UHGV virus genome: UHGV-0112973
Reading direction: 5' to 3' (one strand)
DNA: 64,000 nt
Origin: a virus
In this document: in pieces, positions 1 through 9,218 of the stretch
Position numbering within the stretch: position 1 is the first letter of the stretch
Layout of the letters: the number at the start of each line of letters is the position of its first letter
Notes under the pieces: model-generated
What the model saw: only the letters and a program-made list of their open reading frames with translations
The model's database searches: none
What the model was told of the DNA's origin: nothing
Position numbers and translations under genes: made by a program

Positions 1-399
1 GACGTCATCGTCTGCGCGGAAATGGACGAACAGTGGGGCTATGTCGGGGCTAAATCGCGCCAGCGCTGGCTGTTTTACGCGTATGACAGGCTCCGGAAGA
101 CGGTTGTTGCGCACGTATTCGGTGAACGCACTATGGCGACGCTGGGGCGTCTTATGAGCCTGCTGTCACCCTTTGACGTGGTGATATGGATGACGGATGG
201 CTGGCCGCTGTATGAATCCCGCCTGAAGGGAAAGCTGCACGTAATCAGCAAGCGATATACGCAGCGAATTGAGCGGCATAACCTGAATCTGAGGCAGCAC
301 CTGGCACGGCTGGGACGGAAGTCGCTGTCGTTCTCAAAATCGGTGGAGCTGCATGACAAAGTCATCGGGCATTATCTGAACATAAAACACTATCAATAA
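1..399 (+). CDS. insB: IS1 transposase InsB, C-terminal part (5' end outside window)
   Basis: Translation ...[43 protein letters not shown]...HYLNIKHYQ matches remembered IS1 InsB. Confidence 0.85.
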   Translation, partial: DVIVCAEMDEQWGYVGAKSRQRWLFYAYDRLRKTVVAHVFGERTMATLGRLMSLLSPFDVVIWMTDGWPLYESRLKGKLHVISKRYTQRIERHNLNLRQHLARLGRKSLSFSKSVELHDKVIGHYLNIKHYQ

Positions 400-414
400 G
401 TTGGAGTCATTACC
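1..414 (+). mobile_element. IS1 insertion sequence, right-hand portion (window begins inside the element)
   Basis: InsB reading frame runs from base 1; element ends with the IS1 terminal repeat ...caataagttggagtcattacc at 414. Confidence 0.85.
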
Positions 415-417
415 GAC

Positions 418-771
418 GTGGCAATAAAGAATAAGAAGTCACAAGTTAAAAAAACAAAAAGATCAGTTTCCGGCGGAGCCGGAACGACCAGACTCAAAAA
501 ATTGACTTCATGGATCGCTGAGGCAAAAGCAAAGGCTGACAATCTGCGGTTATCCAAAAAACGCGCTCAAAAACATGAGTTCAAGCAGAAAGTAGAGGCG
601 GCAGCGCGGAAATATGCTTACCTGAAGAACAAGCGTTCTCCTGATATTGACGGGGTATCAAACTTCGATAATTTGCCGCATTGCATGACGGTAAACGAAG
701 CTCTTAATGCGGTTTTAGCCAAAAATAAAGATAACGAACAATGGGGTATACCGGCAGGATTCAGAGGGTAA
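418..771 (+). CDS. hypothetical basic protein abutting the IS1 end (GTG start; may be the 3' remnant of a gene interrupted by IS1)
   Basis: ORF track 117 aa; starts 4 nt after IS1 terminus; no recognisable domain. Confidence 0.3.
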   Translation: MAIKNKKSQVKKTKRSVSGGAGTTRLKKLTSWIAEAKAKADNLRLSKKRAQKHEFKQKVEAAARKYAYLKNKRSPDIDGVSNFDNLPHCMTVNEALNAVLAKNKDNEQWGIPAGFRG

Positions 772-939
772 TGAATTGTTCTAATTATAACCATGCATAC
801 TTTCAACGCCTCTAGTTTGCCATGAGGCAAACTCATAGGCGTCCTGGTAAGAGGGCACTGTTGCCAAAACTGGACGTCCCATTATTGCAATTAATAAACA
901 ACTAACGGACAATTCTACCTAACAATAAGTGGAGTTAAC

Positions 940-1644
940 ATGTTGAACCGAAGAACATTTAATGTATTCTGCGATGAATCCTGTCACCTACTAAATGATC
1001 ATAATAAAGTCATGGTATTGGGTGCGCTTTGGTGCCCTGGCACTATCACAAAAAAAATTGCTAGAGACATCAAGGAATTAAAATTAAAACACAATCTAAA
1101 ACCTGATTTCGAAATCAAGTGGACTAAAGTATCTGCGTCCAAGGTTGAATTTTACTTAGATGTCGTAGATTACTTCTTCAGCAACCCAGCATTGCGCTTT
1201 AGAGGTGTTGTTGTTCCTGATAAAGAGCAACTGGACCATGCTCGATTCCATCAAGATCATAATACTTTCTATTATAAGATGTTTTTTTATGTCTTAAAAA
1301 ACATAATAGAAAGTAACAACACATACAATATCTACCTAGATATAAAAGATACTTTAGGTATTGAAAAAATTGAGAAATTAAGAGGAGTTCTTCACAATGA
1401 TCGCTATGATTACAATCATGAGTCGATAAACAGAATTCAACATATACGATCTCATGAAGTGCAACAATTGCAGCTAACGGATCTTTTCATTGGTGCGTTA
1501 GGCTACGTTCATCGAGGAATGAATAGCAACGCGGGAAAAATCCAAGTCATAAACAGGATAAAATCACATACAAACAGGGATTTACTAAAAAGCACTCTTC
1601 CAACAGAAAGTAAATTTAATATTTTCGTGTGGGAGGCTCGCTGA
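940..1644 (+). CDS. DUF3800-like protein (N-terminal DES motif), AT-rich accessory gene
   Basis: 234 aa; FNVFCDESCHL near N-terminus and length fit the DUF3800 family as I remember it; about 33 percent GC. Confidence 0.55.
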   Translation: MLNRRTFNVFCDESCHLLNDHNKVMVLGALWCPGTITKKIARDIKELKLKHNLKPDFEIKWTKVSASKVEFYLDVVDYFFSNPALRFRGVVVPDKEQLDHARFHQDHNTFYYKMFFYVLKNIIESNNTYNIYLDIKDTLGIEKIEKLRGVLHNDRYDYNHESINRIQHIRSHEVQQLQLTDLFIGALGYVHRGMNSNAGKIQVINRIKSHTNRDLLKSTLPTESKFNIFVWEAR

Positions 1645-2108
1645 TGCTTCAAATGCCAGATTTATTGTACTTCAATGGAAGTTGGCAAGAGTATATAGAC
1701 GATGTATATTATGTTGTCAGAGAAGACATTTTAATCTCTAATATAACGTTTAAGGGTCTCCCTGTTCGGTTACGTTATTCACCGGAATATGATGGGAAAG
1801 AGTTCGGATTTTGGCATTTAGTATCAGAGGGAAAAATAGAAGAAGAACGAATACCTGATCTTGAACGGTGTAAGCGGATCCGCTGGATCGCGCATATGAT
1901 AAGGAATTATAACCATTCCGATATATCATGTTGGTCTGAAAGACGAGGACCAACTGAAGAATGGGTAATCTGGAACGAGTGTGAAAACTACGTTGTTGTG
2001 CTATCCGCACGTAGAGACTATTGGCTTCTTAAAACAGCCTATGTTGTAACCTATAACAGTAAAATCAGAACACTCAAACAAAGCAGAAAAAGAGCGCTTG
2101 GGACATAA
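1644..2108 (+). CDS. hypothetical protein translationally coupled to the upstream DUF3800-like gene
   Basis: ATG at 1644 overlaps upstream TGA by 1 nt, GGGAGG RBS at 1631-1636; contains RIRWIAH (weak R-x5-H, HEPN-like). Confidence 0.5.
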   Translation: MLQMPDLLYFNGSWQEYIDDVYYVVREDILISNITFKGLPVRLRYSPEYDGKEFGFWHLVSEGKIEEERIPDLERCKRIRWIAHMIRNYNHSDISCWSERRGPTEEWVIWNECENYVVVLSARRDYWLLKTAYVVTYNSKIRTLKQSRKRALGT

Positions 2109-2115
2109 AAAAGCT

Positions 2116-2147
2116 GAACCCGACACATATTGCTATGTATCGGGTTC
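2116..2147 (+). terminator. imperfect hairpin downstream of the two-gene module
   Basis: gaacccgacacat...atgtatcgggttc inverted repeat; no strong U-tract. Confidence 0.3.
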
Positions 2148-2274
2148 GATCGCTCTTTCTACACATGGTAGATGAGTAAGGCAAATCTAACCGATCTACT
2201 TTAGCTTTTCAATAGCTAGCTATAACTTTCCGCACATATTCTTCTGATAATTCCAGTATGGCTGTTGGGTTTTC

Positions 2275-2571
2275 TTATGCTTTTCTGCGCAGAGGTGCAC
2301 ATTTATTCAGCAACAATAAATGTAATTCTTTGTTATTCCTAAGTATTTCGACACACCAATATCGTAACGTGTTCACTTCAAGTGTAGCCAGCACCTTATG
2401 TCGAAGTCCTCCCTCCCCTGCACATAACGATGACCGACATTCTGCTAAGGCACATAACCATGTATTGGCATCATAGAGAATCCAATAATGCTCCTCTGAA
2501 ATAGTTTTGCATCCAATTATTTCGAATCTTCGTTCTATCGTTTCAGGAGAGTATGAAAAATCAATTTCCAT
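2275..2571 (-). CDS. hypothetical protein (98 aa), possibly a gene remnant
   Basis: ORF track only; lies beyond the late-operon terminator; no domain recognised. Confidence 0.25.
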   Translation of the reverse strand: MEIDFSYSPETIERRFEIIGCKTISEEHYWILYDANTWLCALAECRSSLCAGEGGLRHKVLATLEVNTLRYWCVEILRNNKELHLLLLNKCAPLRRKA

Positions 2572-2612
2572 AATATGCTCAAAATTTCGCTATACCAGCA
2601 TAATTTAAGCAC

Positions 2613-2634
2613 AAAAAAAGCTCCCGCAGGAGCT
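2613..2634 (-). terminator. rho-independent terminator at the end of the minus-strand late operon
   Basis: agctcc-cgca-ggagct hairpin; on the minus strand it is followed by a run of U. Confidence 0.55.
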
Positions 2635-2655
2635 TTAAAATACAAGGGATGACTC

Positions 2656-3165
2656 TTAATCCCACTCAATCCAGTTGTAAACGATACGAAGTGACGGGCG
2701 CACAGCGGCAGTCACATCTTCGGTACTAAAGTCGATTGCATCACTGTAGATTTTGCAGTCCAACATTTCAATTGTTGTAGCAGCTTTTGTCACAGCGTTA
2801 ACCCCGGAAGATTTGGATTCAGGGGTCGCAGCCATCGTGATATCAACATAGTCCTTCGCCGCAATGCGATCCTTGATGAACTGAAGAATATCGCCTTCGA
2901 TAGTCTCCACGCACTGGACCTGGATTTCCCCAGAGTTTCGAATTGGTCCGTGCTGGTTGAACTTCACACCATTCGGACCATAGTCCTCCACATCCTCGCG
3001 GGTCATTTCAGGAATTTGCGACGTGCGAACCAGTACGCTGATATCTTCATGGCCTGCAAAAGTGAGCTGGAATTCAGAAGATACCAGTCGTTCGCCTTTG
3101 GCCGCGTTGGCAGTATAGCGGCCCTTAATAAATTTACGGTTTCCCTTAGTGTTATTGTGCCCCAT
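2656..3165 (-). CDS. phage structural protein (tail-associated, last gene of the late operon containing sheath and head genes)
   Basis: 169 aa ORF co-oriented and contiguous with sheath gene; assignment by synteny only. Confidence 0.45.
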   Translation of the reverse strand: MGHNNTKGNRKFIKGRYTANAAKGERLVSSEFQLTFAGHEDISVLVRTSQIPEMTREDVEDYGPNGVKFNQHGPIRNSGEIQVQCVETIEGDILQFIKDRIAAKDYVDITMAATPESKSSGVNAVTKAATTIEMLDCKIYSDAIDFSTEDVTAAVRPSLRIVYNWIEWD

Positions 3166-3176
3166 ATAAAATCCTT

Positions 3177-3758
3177 TTACTGGAACGCCCGAACAATATC
3201 GGAGCTGTTATATATCGAAGAACCGGTCAACTGGAGGTTGACGGTGTTTTTCAGGAAATGCCCATTGCTGTCCCTGGGCGCATCGAGATCGAAACTTATG
3301 TCCTGGATAGCGACATCAATGATGTTGATCCGGCGACCAATGTTTAGCGTCACGCGCTCCGGGATTCGACCACCAATACTGGCATCTTTAAGTTCCGGGC
3401 TAATCATCGCTGACAATGCGGCGATAGCTCCTGAAACCTCCGTGAATGGGTCAAACAAAGCGATGAAAGTTACTGGCAGCGTGAAAGTCGGCGGTGTTCC
3501 CCCTTCCCAAACCATTAAGCTGTTCCAACGGGCAACCGACGTTGTTTCAGTACCAACCTGCGCAAAACCACTGAAGGCACCAGCAACAGATCCCATGGAC
3601 ATACCGGTAAACGGCGCTTCCCAATTCTGGGCCATGTTCATTGCCGCCCCCTGGCTGATATATCCGGTAACCTGGTACTGAGAGTTCGTTAAAGTAACTT
3701 TCAGAAATGGCGATACACCGTCAGCCTGGCTGTAAACCCCATAAGGAATAGGTGCCAT
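3177..3758 (-). CDS. phage structural or morphogenetic protein
   Basis: 193 aa ORF in the same operon; synteny only. Confidence 0.45.
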   Translation of the reverse strand: MAPIPYGVYSQADGVSPFLKVTLTNSQYQVTGYISQGAAMNMAQNWEAPFTGMSMGSVAGAFSGFAQVGTETTSVARWNSLMVWEGGTPPTFTLPVTFIALFDPFTEVSGAIAALSAMISPELKDASIGGRIPERVTLNIGRRINIIDVAIQDISFDLDAPRDSNGHFLKNTVNLQLTGSSIYNSSDIVRAFQ

Positions 3759-3793
3759 TCAAGTTAAAGGCCGGAGTTCTCCGGCCTCCTCCT

Positions 3794-4609
3794 TTAGCCA
3801 AGGCGCTTACGGCGCAGTTTCATTGACTTTTTGCGGGCAAGTTTTGCCGCGCCGGTCTGGGCTTTTCGACGCGCTTTTTTCAGCGCCGATTTTTGAGCCG
3901 CAGTCAGACGTTTTTTACGCAGGCGTTTACGGATGAGTTTGATCTCACCGTTACGAACAACCTTCTTAAATGCTTCAGTCAGCATTTCATCAGAAGTGCC
4001 AGCAACAACAAACGCCGCTTCTAGTTCGTCGCGGTCGTCGCTATCTAAACCAGCGATAGAGGCACCAACATCAGCAGCTGCGTCGTCGTCTTCATCGTCA
4101 GCCAGTGCTTCGATCAGGTCATCATCTACACCGCATGCTGCGAGGAAGTCAGCAACATTTGCCCATGCTTCGTTATAGGCATCGTCCTGTTCTTCTGTAA
4201 CTTCGGAGTCGTCGTCATCAGAGATACCAGCGATAGCCTGAACGAAACCATCAAGGGAGTCGAAAGTCAGATCACCGCTATCAGCCCAGGCGAAAACGGC
4301 GTCGGCCGCATCACTCAACGCATTTTGCATAGCACTTCGATTTGCAGCTTCCAGAATCATCTGGTGCGCCTGTTCGACGGTCCATTCTTTACCGTCTTTC
4401 CCTTCCAGGATTTGCTCAGGAGCCTGGGCAGATGGAACGTTATCGTTAGTCTGTGCCGCCGGTTCCGGATTATTATTAATAACCGGATCTGTTGGCGGTT
4501 CAGCGCTTGCTCGGGCAGACTCCATCAGCTGCACAGGATCAGAGTTCAAAGCGAAACGAGACAGTCCATTCCCCAAAAATGCCCCGGATTGAAAAAAGTT
4601 TTTGCTCAT
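3794..4609 (-). CDS. phage structural or scaffold-like protein with acidic core and strongly basic C-terminal tail
   Basis: 271 aa; D/E-rich centre and KR-rich C-terminus; immediately downstream of sheath gene. Confidence 0.45.
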   Translation of the reverse strand: MSKNFFQSGAFLGNGLSRFALNSDPVQLMESARASAEPPTDPVINNNPEPAAQTNDNVPSAQAPEQILEGKDGKEWTVEQAHQMILEAANRSAMQNALSDAADAVFAWADSGDLTFDSLDGFVQAIAGISDDDDSEVTEEQDDAYNEAWANVADFLAACGVDDDLIEALADDEDDDAAADVGASIAGLDSDDRDELEAAFVVAGTSDEMLTEAFKKVVRNGEIKLIRKRLRKKRLTAAQKSALKKARRKAQTGAAKLARKKSMKLRRKRLG

Positions 4610-4618
4610 TGTATTCCC

Positions 4619-6208
4619 TTACTTAATAAGCAGCGGTACGCCCTGGATACGACGGGCTACGCCAGTCGGGCAGCAGGCCCAGACTACTTCCCATTTATCG
4701 AATTCCGCCTGCGTAACTTTCAGCACATACGGTTCTGTACCGTCAGCATCAGGATCACGAGGAGCCACCAGAGCGCCGGAGGCGACAAAGCGATCTAAAA
4801 GTTTGGTCATCCCTTTAGTCAGGCCAGCCGCAGTAATACCGTCCGGGCTATGCTTCATCTGTCGGGCTAACTGGACAAAGAAACGGCTGATTGCATTCAT
4901 CAGGGATGGGACGTGCTGGAAGTGCAGATAGTTATCCTGCGTGCAGCAAGTTAAAGCATCGTCGATGATCATCTGGCCAGAGGTGCCAACAGATACTTTA
5001 TTGAGACGGCCCTTGACCATTGCTTCTTCGTCCGGGGTATCTTCCGGATACAGCGGTTGAATTGACGCACGAGCAATGACGGCACGTTCTTCACCAGCCG
5101 GTGAGTAATGCCAACCGCCGACATCAGAGTTTTTCTTGACGCCACGAGCTTTCGCCGCATACGCCACGCCAGACAGACCAAAGACCACACGGGATTGGGT
5201 CCATTTGTCTTTGCAGGAGAACGGGTAGTGATAGACAGAACAGCTTACATAATCGGTACCAAGTAAACCGGTATCCTCAACAGCTGGTAGTGCTTCTGCG
5301 TACGTTAATGTCGGTTTGACATCAAAGAAGCCATCAATCAGGCGATCTGCACAGATTTTACCTAATGCGGTGATAGCCGCATTGTCATAGCAGCCCAGGC
5401 CAAGAACAGCGGTGTACATGTACGGCGCATTGTTCAGAACTTTCACCGCACGCAGGTACGTAGCGGTTGAGATTTTCGACTGATCGCCGTTGGTACCGCC
5501 AGTGAACGCCAACGATTTTTTGTTTGTTACTTTCGCTGTCGAAATCAGCTCTTCATTAACAACCGCGCGCAGATATTTAGAACGGGCTTCCAGAGCCGTA
5601 GGCAGATAACACAAGCGGCCCATGTCATCTTTCGCTTCTTCCGCCAAAGACACAGTGTGTGTCTCCAGGGTCGTTACCACGCCGAGCGAAGTCGTCTGGG
5701 TCAGTTTTAAGAGGAAGCGTTCATTACCCGCGCTGTCCGCTGTTGCCGTTTCGATGGTTAACTCACGGGTAGGTGAAATACACGGATCACCATCATCAAC
5801 GTAGATAGCAAAGGCTTCGCCACTATCAAGTTCAATTTCAGAACCGTATGGCAACGCACTGTAAGCCGGTTCGCCTGATTCATCGAACATAATAATCGGG
5901 AACTTCGCATCATCCGGAACAGCGCGAACAACGTAACCAGACGTTTGCTGAATAGCTTCGTACACATGACGAATTGGTTCGAACTGTGAGCCGGAAGACG
6001 GCTTCAGCGGTTCGCCGAGAACATCTTCGTAATTGGACTCAGTAACCGCCAGAACAGTAAACGGCTTGCCACGCGCAAATACGCCAATACCAGCCCACAA
6101 GCTGCTATTTAATGCAACACCGGTAGATAACGTCGCATCGGCATTGATCGGGCTAACCGCGACGCCGGATGCATTACCTAATGACTGTTGAATTGAATAT
6201 TGAGACAT
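4619..6208 (-). CDS. contractile tail sheath protein (P1 gene 22-like)
   Basis: 529 aa; sheath-like sequence and size; position next to head gene and parS as in P1. Confidence 0.75.
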   Translation of the reverse strand: MSQYSIQQSLGNASGVAVSPINADATLSTGVALNSSLWAGIGVFARGKPFTVLAVTESNYEDVLGEPLKPSSGSQFEPIRHVYEAIQQTSGYVVRAVPDDAKFPIIMFDESGEPAYSALPYGSEIELDSGEAFAIYVDDGDPCISPTRELTIETATADSAGNERFLLKLTQTTSLGVVTTLETHTVSLAEEAKDDMGRLCYLPTALEARSKYLRAVVNEELISTAKVTNKKSLAFTGGTNGDQSKISTATYLRAVKVLNNAPYMYTAVLGLGCYDNAAITALGKICADRLIDGFFDVKPTLTYAEALPAVEDTGLLGTDYVSCSVYHYPFSCKDKWTQSRVVFGLSGVAYAAKARGVKKNSDVGGWHYSPAGEERAVIARASIQPLYPEDTPDEEAMVKGRLNKVSVGTSGQMIIDDALTCCTQDNYLHFQHVPSLMNAISRFFVQLARQMKHSPDGITAAGLTKGMTKLLDRFVASGALVAPRDPDADGTEPYVLKVTQAEFDKWEVVWACCPTGVARRIQGVPLLIK

Positions 6209-6228
6209 AACTTTCCCTGTTATGCGCC

Positions 6229-6247
6229 CCGCACGGGGGCGCTATGT
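6229..6247. other. GC-rich hairpin between head and sheath genes
   Basis: gcgccccg-cac-gggggcgc inverted repeat. Confidence 0.4.
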
Positions 6248-6268
6248 TAAACGGAGAACTTCCCCTGA

Positions 6269-7996
6269 TTACTCAGAGTCACCGGCATCAATCGTGTCGC
6301 CGCTTATGAAGTTAAGCCCGCCTTTTTTGGCCATTGTCAGCGTTACACGAGTGAAGTAATCAGCGCCGTTGCGTGGGTGCATATCGTTGATAGCCGAACC
6401 CCACAGTATGGTACGGTTGACCAGCGCCGGAGTGGTCGGATGCTGGAACGGGATAGCCGGGACAGCATCACCAGTCACGAAGCCTGCTTTACCCGGATTT
6501 TCATCACGGACGTAGCACAGCACATCCATCGAGCTGAACTGAATGTTCTCTGTCGTTAAGTTCTTACAAATACCAGCAGGTACTTCGTACACTTTCACGT
6601 TACCGAACAGGGTACCGATGTAGTGAACATACGGAGTCTGGATATAGTCTTCGGCTGGCTGGAAGAAATCCTTCGGCAACTGTTTGAAGAAAGATGCTGC
6701 ATCAGCACCAGCAAACATCCCCATCGCACCAGAAGATTTAACGCGCTCAATAATGTCGCGATATACAGTCTGGAATTTGCCACGAATGATGGTTGCCCAT
6801 ACATCAAAGGACTGGTTAACCGGCAGAGCGATGTCAAAGGTGTCGGTCGCAAGAGTACGCCAGATCATGATGCGAAGACGCAGCATATCCTGTTCATGAG
6901 ACAGGTATTCCTTCAGGGTGCGGAACTGTAGGGAACCCAGGTCCAGACCAAATTCACGCTGTGCTTCATACGCCGCCTGTACCGTGTGCTCAGCCGCGAT
7001 AACGAACTGGCTTGGGAACAGGGTGTATTTCTTCATTTCGTGGTTGATCAGCGGGATCAGCTCAGGAGCGGCTTCAATATTGATTTCCGTCTCAATTGCG
7101 ATCTCAGTGCCTTTATCCGGCGCTTTGGAGAACGACAGGGCAATCTGACCAATGTTGTAGTTCAGAGAGCAGGTAACAGTGATTTGCTCACCAGCAGCAT
7201 TAGTAAACGAGTGAAGTAGGCTGCCGGAACCGTTATCAACAACAGACTTAATACGGTTAACGTAGATGTTAGTGCGACCTTTTCGGATTGGTACATTCTG
7301 GCCTTCGAAGTCTTCCATCTTGAAGGTTGCGGTTTTGCTGGTGCCATCGGAGCTTGCCACCAGCACATAGCGGCGGCGTAACTGGCTGTACACACCGACG
7401 GATTGCATGTCCAGAACATCACCAGCAGCATAAGAACCAAAAGAGGAACCTGCCACGTTAAAGACTTCATAGATGTCGGACTGGTCACGCGTAACCGGAA
7501 TGAAGGTACACGCATCAGCGGTAGCTGCCCCCAACTGAACAGGCAGGATCATCGCGAGGAATAAAGGCAGACGCATAACACCGTCAGAAACGCTCATCAT
7601 CTCTGCTGCGACGGATTCCAGCATCGCTTTATTAGTGGCATCCATGCTATTGCGGGTGGACTCAATCAGGCAGTTTTCCAGCGTCTGGTGGCAGGAGGCC
7701 AGAATTTCCGGACGCGGCATAGATTTATGTGCTGCGGCGTAGTCAGCCAGTGCACTTGCCCACGCTGTAGCGATTTGAGCGGTGGCATTATCAGAGATAC
7801 CCGCAAAAACCGGGTCTTTACGTGCAGCTTCAAGGATAGATGCGGCACGCGCGGCATCATCTTTAATGAATTGGTTATCAGTACCGAACTGCGCAGTGCT
7901 TGCCCAGCCAAGCACAGCTTTAGAGCGTTTTGCGATATCTGCAATACGATTCTGGTATTCGCGTAAGTTACTCAATTTACTCTTCCTTAAACACAA
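6269..7996 (-). CDS. major head protein (P1 gene 23-like)
   Basis: 575 aa ORF directly adjacent to parS as in P1; assignment by size and synteny. Confidence 0.6.
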   Translation of the reverse strand: MCLRKSKLSNLREYQNRIADIAKRSKAVLGWASTAQFGTDNQFIKDDAARAASILEAARKDPVFAGISDNATAQIATAWASALADYAAAHKSMPRPEILASCHQTLENCLIESTRNSMDATNKAMLESVAAEMMSVSDGVMRLPLFLAMILPVQLGAATADACTFIPVTRDQSDIYEVFNVAGSSFGSYAAGDVLDMQSVGVYSQLRRRYVLVASSDGTSKTATFKMEDFEGQNVPIRKGRTNIYVNRIKSVVDNGSGSLLHSFTNAAGEQITVTCSLNYNIGQIALSFSKAPDKGTEIAIETEINIEAAPELIPLINHEMKKYTLFPSQFVIAAEHTVQAAYEAQREFGLDLGSLQFRTLKEYLSHEQDMLRLRIMIWRTLATDTFDIALPVNQSFDVWATIIRGKFQTVYRDIIERVKSSGAMGMFAGADAASFFKQLPKDFFQPAEDYIQTPYVHYIGTLFGNVKVYEVPAGICKNLTTENIQFSSMDVLCYVRDENPGKAGFVTGDAVPAIPFQHPTTPALVNRTILWGSAINDMHPRNGADYFTRVTLTMAKKGGLNFISGDTIDAGDSE

Positions 7997-8037
7997 GGCA
8001 CTTGTGTGAATCCCTTTTCGGAAGAGATTTTATTGAA

Positions 8038-8048
8038 AGTCACTTGTT
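8038..8048 (-). promoter_or_regulatory. putative late-promoter box upstream of head gene
   Basis: AACAAGTGACT on the gene strand; the same 11-mer occurs upstream of the portal gene. Confidence 0.35.
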
Positions 8049-8107
8049 GACTTTCTCGTGACAAGCAATTTTTTTATTTTTTTCGGGAGTAGGGGCGGAA
8101 GGTAAAA

Positions 8108-8200
8108 TCCAAGGTGAAATCGTGGCGATTTCACCTTGAAATTTTAGATGGATTTACTTTAAAAACAGTAGGTTAATAGTGAAATTTGAATGGCGAAAGT
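8108..8200 (-). promoter_or_regulatory. parS: parS centromere-like partition site
   Basis: Minus strand reads TCGCCATTCAAATTTCAC...ATTTCAAGGTGAAATCGCCACGATTTCAC with box A (ATTTCAC) and box B (TCGCCA) motifs right after parB. Confidence 0.85.
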
Positions 8201-9202
8201 TTAAGGCTTCGGCTTTTTATCGAGGCTCTTTCTAAGGATATGCCCAATCATCCTGTCGAGTTCTTCCTGTAGCTCTTTTGAAAGTCGATTAAACTCATAA
8301 GAAAATGCACGGCCTTTCACGCGCTTCCTTGCAAAGCGATCCTTGTCCTCAAATTTCCATAATTCAGTAACTACGGACTTATCTTTAGAACCTTTATCCG
8401 TGAGTAGTGAGGCTTCCTTTGTTATCAAGCGCAGGATTTTATTTTTAACTTCATCTTCGGCCATTTCTTCAATGGATAAGATGTCGTTTATTTCCGGGGA
8501 TATGTTTTGAATAAGCTGATCAAACTCTAAATTCTTGTTCCCCATTTCGTCGCCAACAGCACAAAGCGTTTTGTAGTCCGAAAAGGTTAATTCCGACTGC
8601 ACAGGGAAAAGGGCGACTAATTCTTCCGGAGCACTCGCTGCCTGGAGAGCACGCGTGACCTTCGCCTGAGACAGCCCTTCTTTGGCTGCAATATCCTTCT
8701 GACTCATCCCATCATTTTTCATTCGCATCAAACGCAGACCTATTTCTCGAATGCTGTGCTGCAATGCTGTCTGAACGTCTTTCGCTAAATTTTGCGCTTC
8801 CTGAACGCTGATCTCCTGGTCCGTGACTAAAACCCGCAACCCTACGTTCTCTAAGATGGCAGAAGCTCGACGCCGGGAACCATCCAAAATTTCAATTTTC
8901 CCTGTAGCCCGTCTAACACCTATTGCAGGGTAAAATTGCTGATGCTTAATAGTGCTTCGGATACTTTTTAATGATTTTGGCGTAAGAGATGCCTGGTCAC
9001 GCCCGTTGTTATGCTGATCAACAAAGGTATCGCTTTCTACCTGGTTCGGAGGTATTACCTCTTCAATAAATGTGGCCTGGCGACCAGTTGATAACTTGAA
9101 TACCTGCTCGACTCGATCGCCAGAGGCTGAAGAACTATCAAATCCGCTTAATATTGAAGGATTAAGGGTTCGCCCAATTGTTGGTCTGTTTTTCTTTGAC
9201 AT
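8201..9202 (-). CDS. parB: plasmid partition protein ParB
   Basis: 333 aa; sequence recognised as P1 ParB along its length. Confidence 0.96.
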   Translation of the reverse strand: MSKKNRPTIGRTLNPSILSGFDSSSASGDRVEQVFKLSTGRQATFIEEVIPPNQVESDTFVDQHNNGRDQASLTPKSLKSIRSTIKHQQFYPAIGVRRATGKIEILDGSRRRASAILENVGLRVLVTDQEISVQEAQNLAKDVQTALQHSIREIGLRLMRMKNDGMSQKDIAAKEGLSQAKVTRALQAASAPEELVALFPVQSELTFSDYKTLCAVGDEMGNKNLEFDQLIQNISPEINDILSIEEMAEDEVKNKILRLITKEASLLTDKGSKDKSVVTELWKFEDKDRFARKRVKGRAFSYEFNRLSKELQEELDRMIGHILRKSLDKKPKP

Positions 9203-9218
9203 GGGGGTTTCTTACTCC

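Noticed and set aside
2275-2571. Possible tyrosine-recombinase remnant (LRHKVLAT-like segment)
   Set aside because: Lacks the rest of the catalytic signature (no LGH...Y region); kept only as a low-confidence hypothetical ORF.
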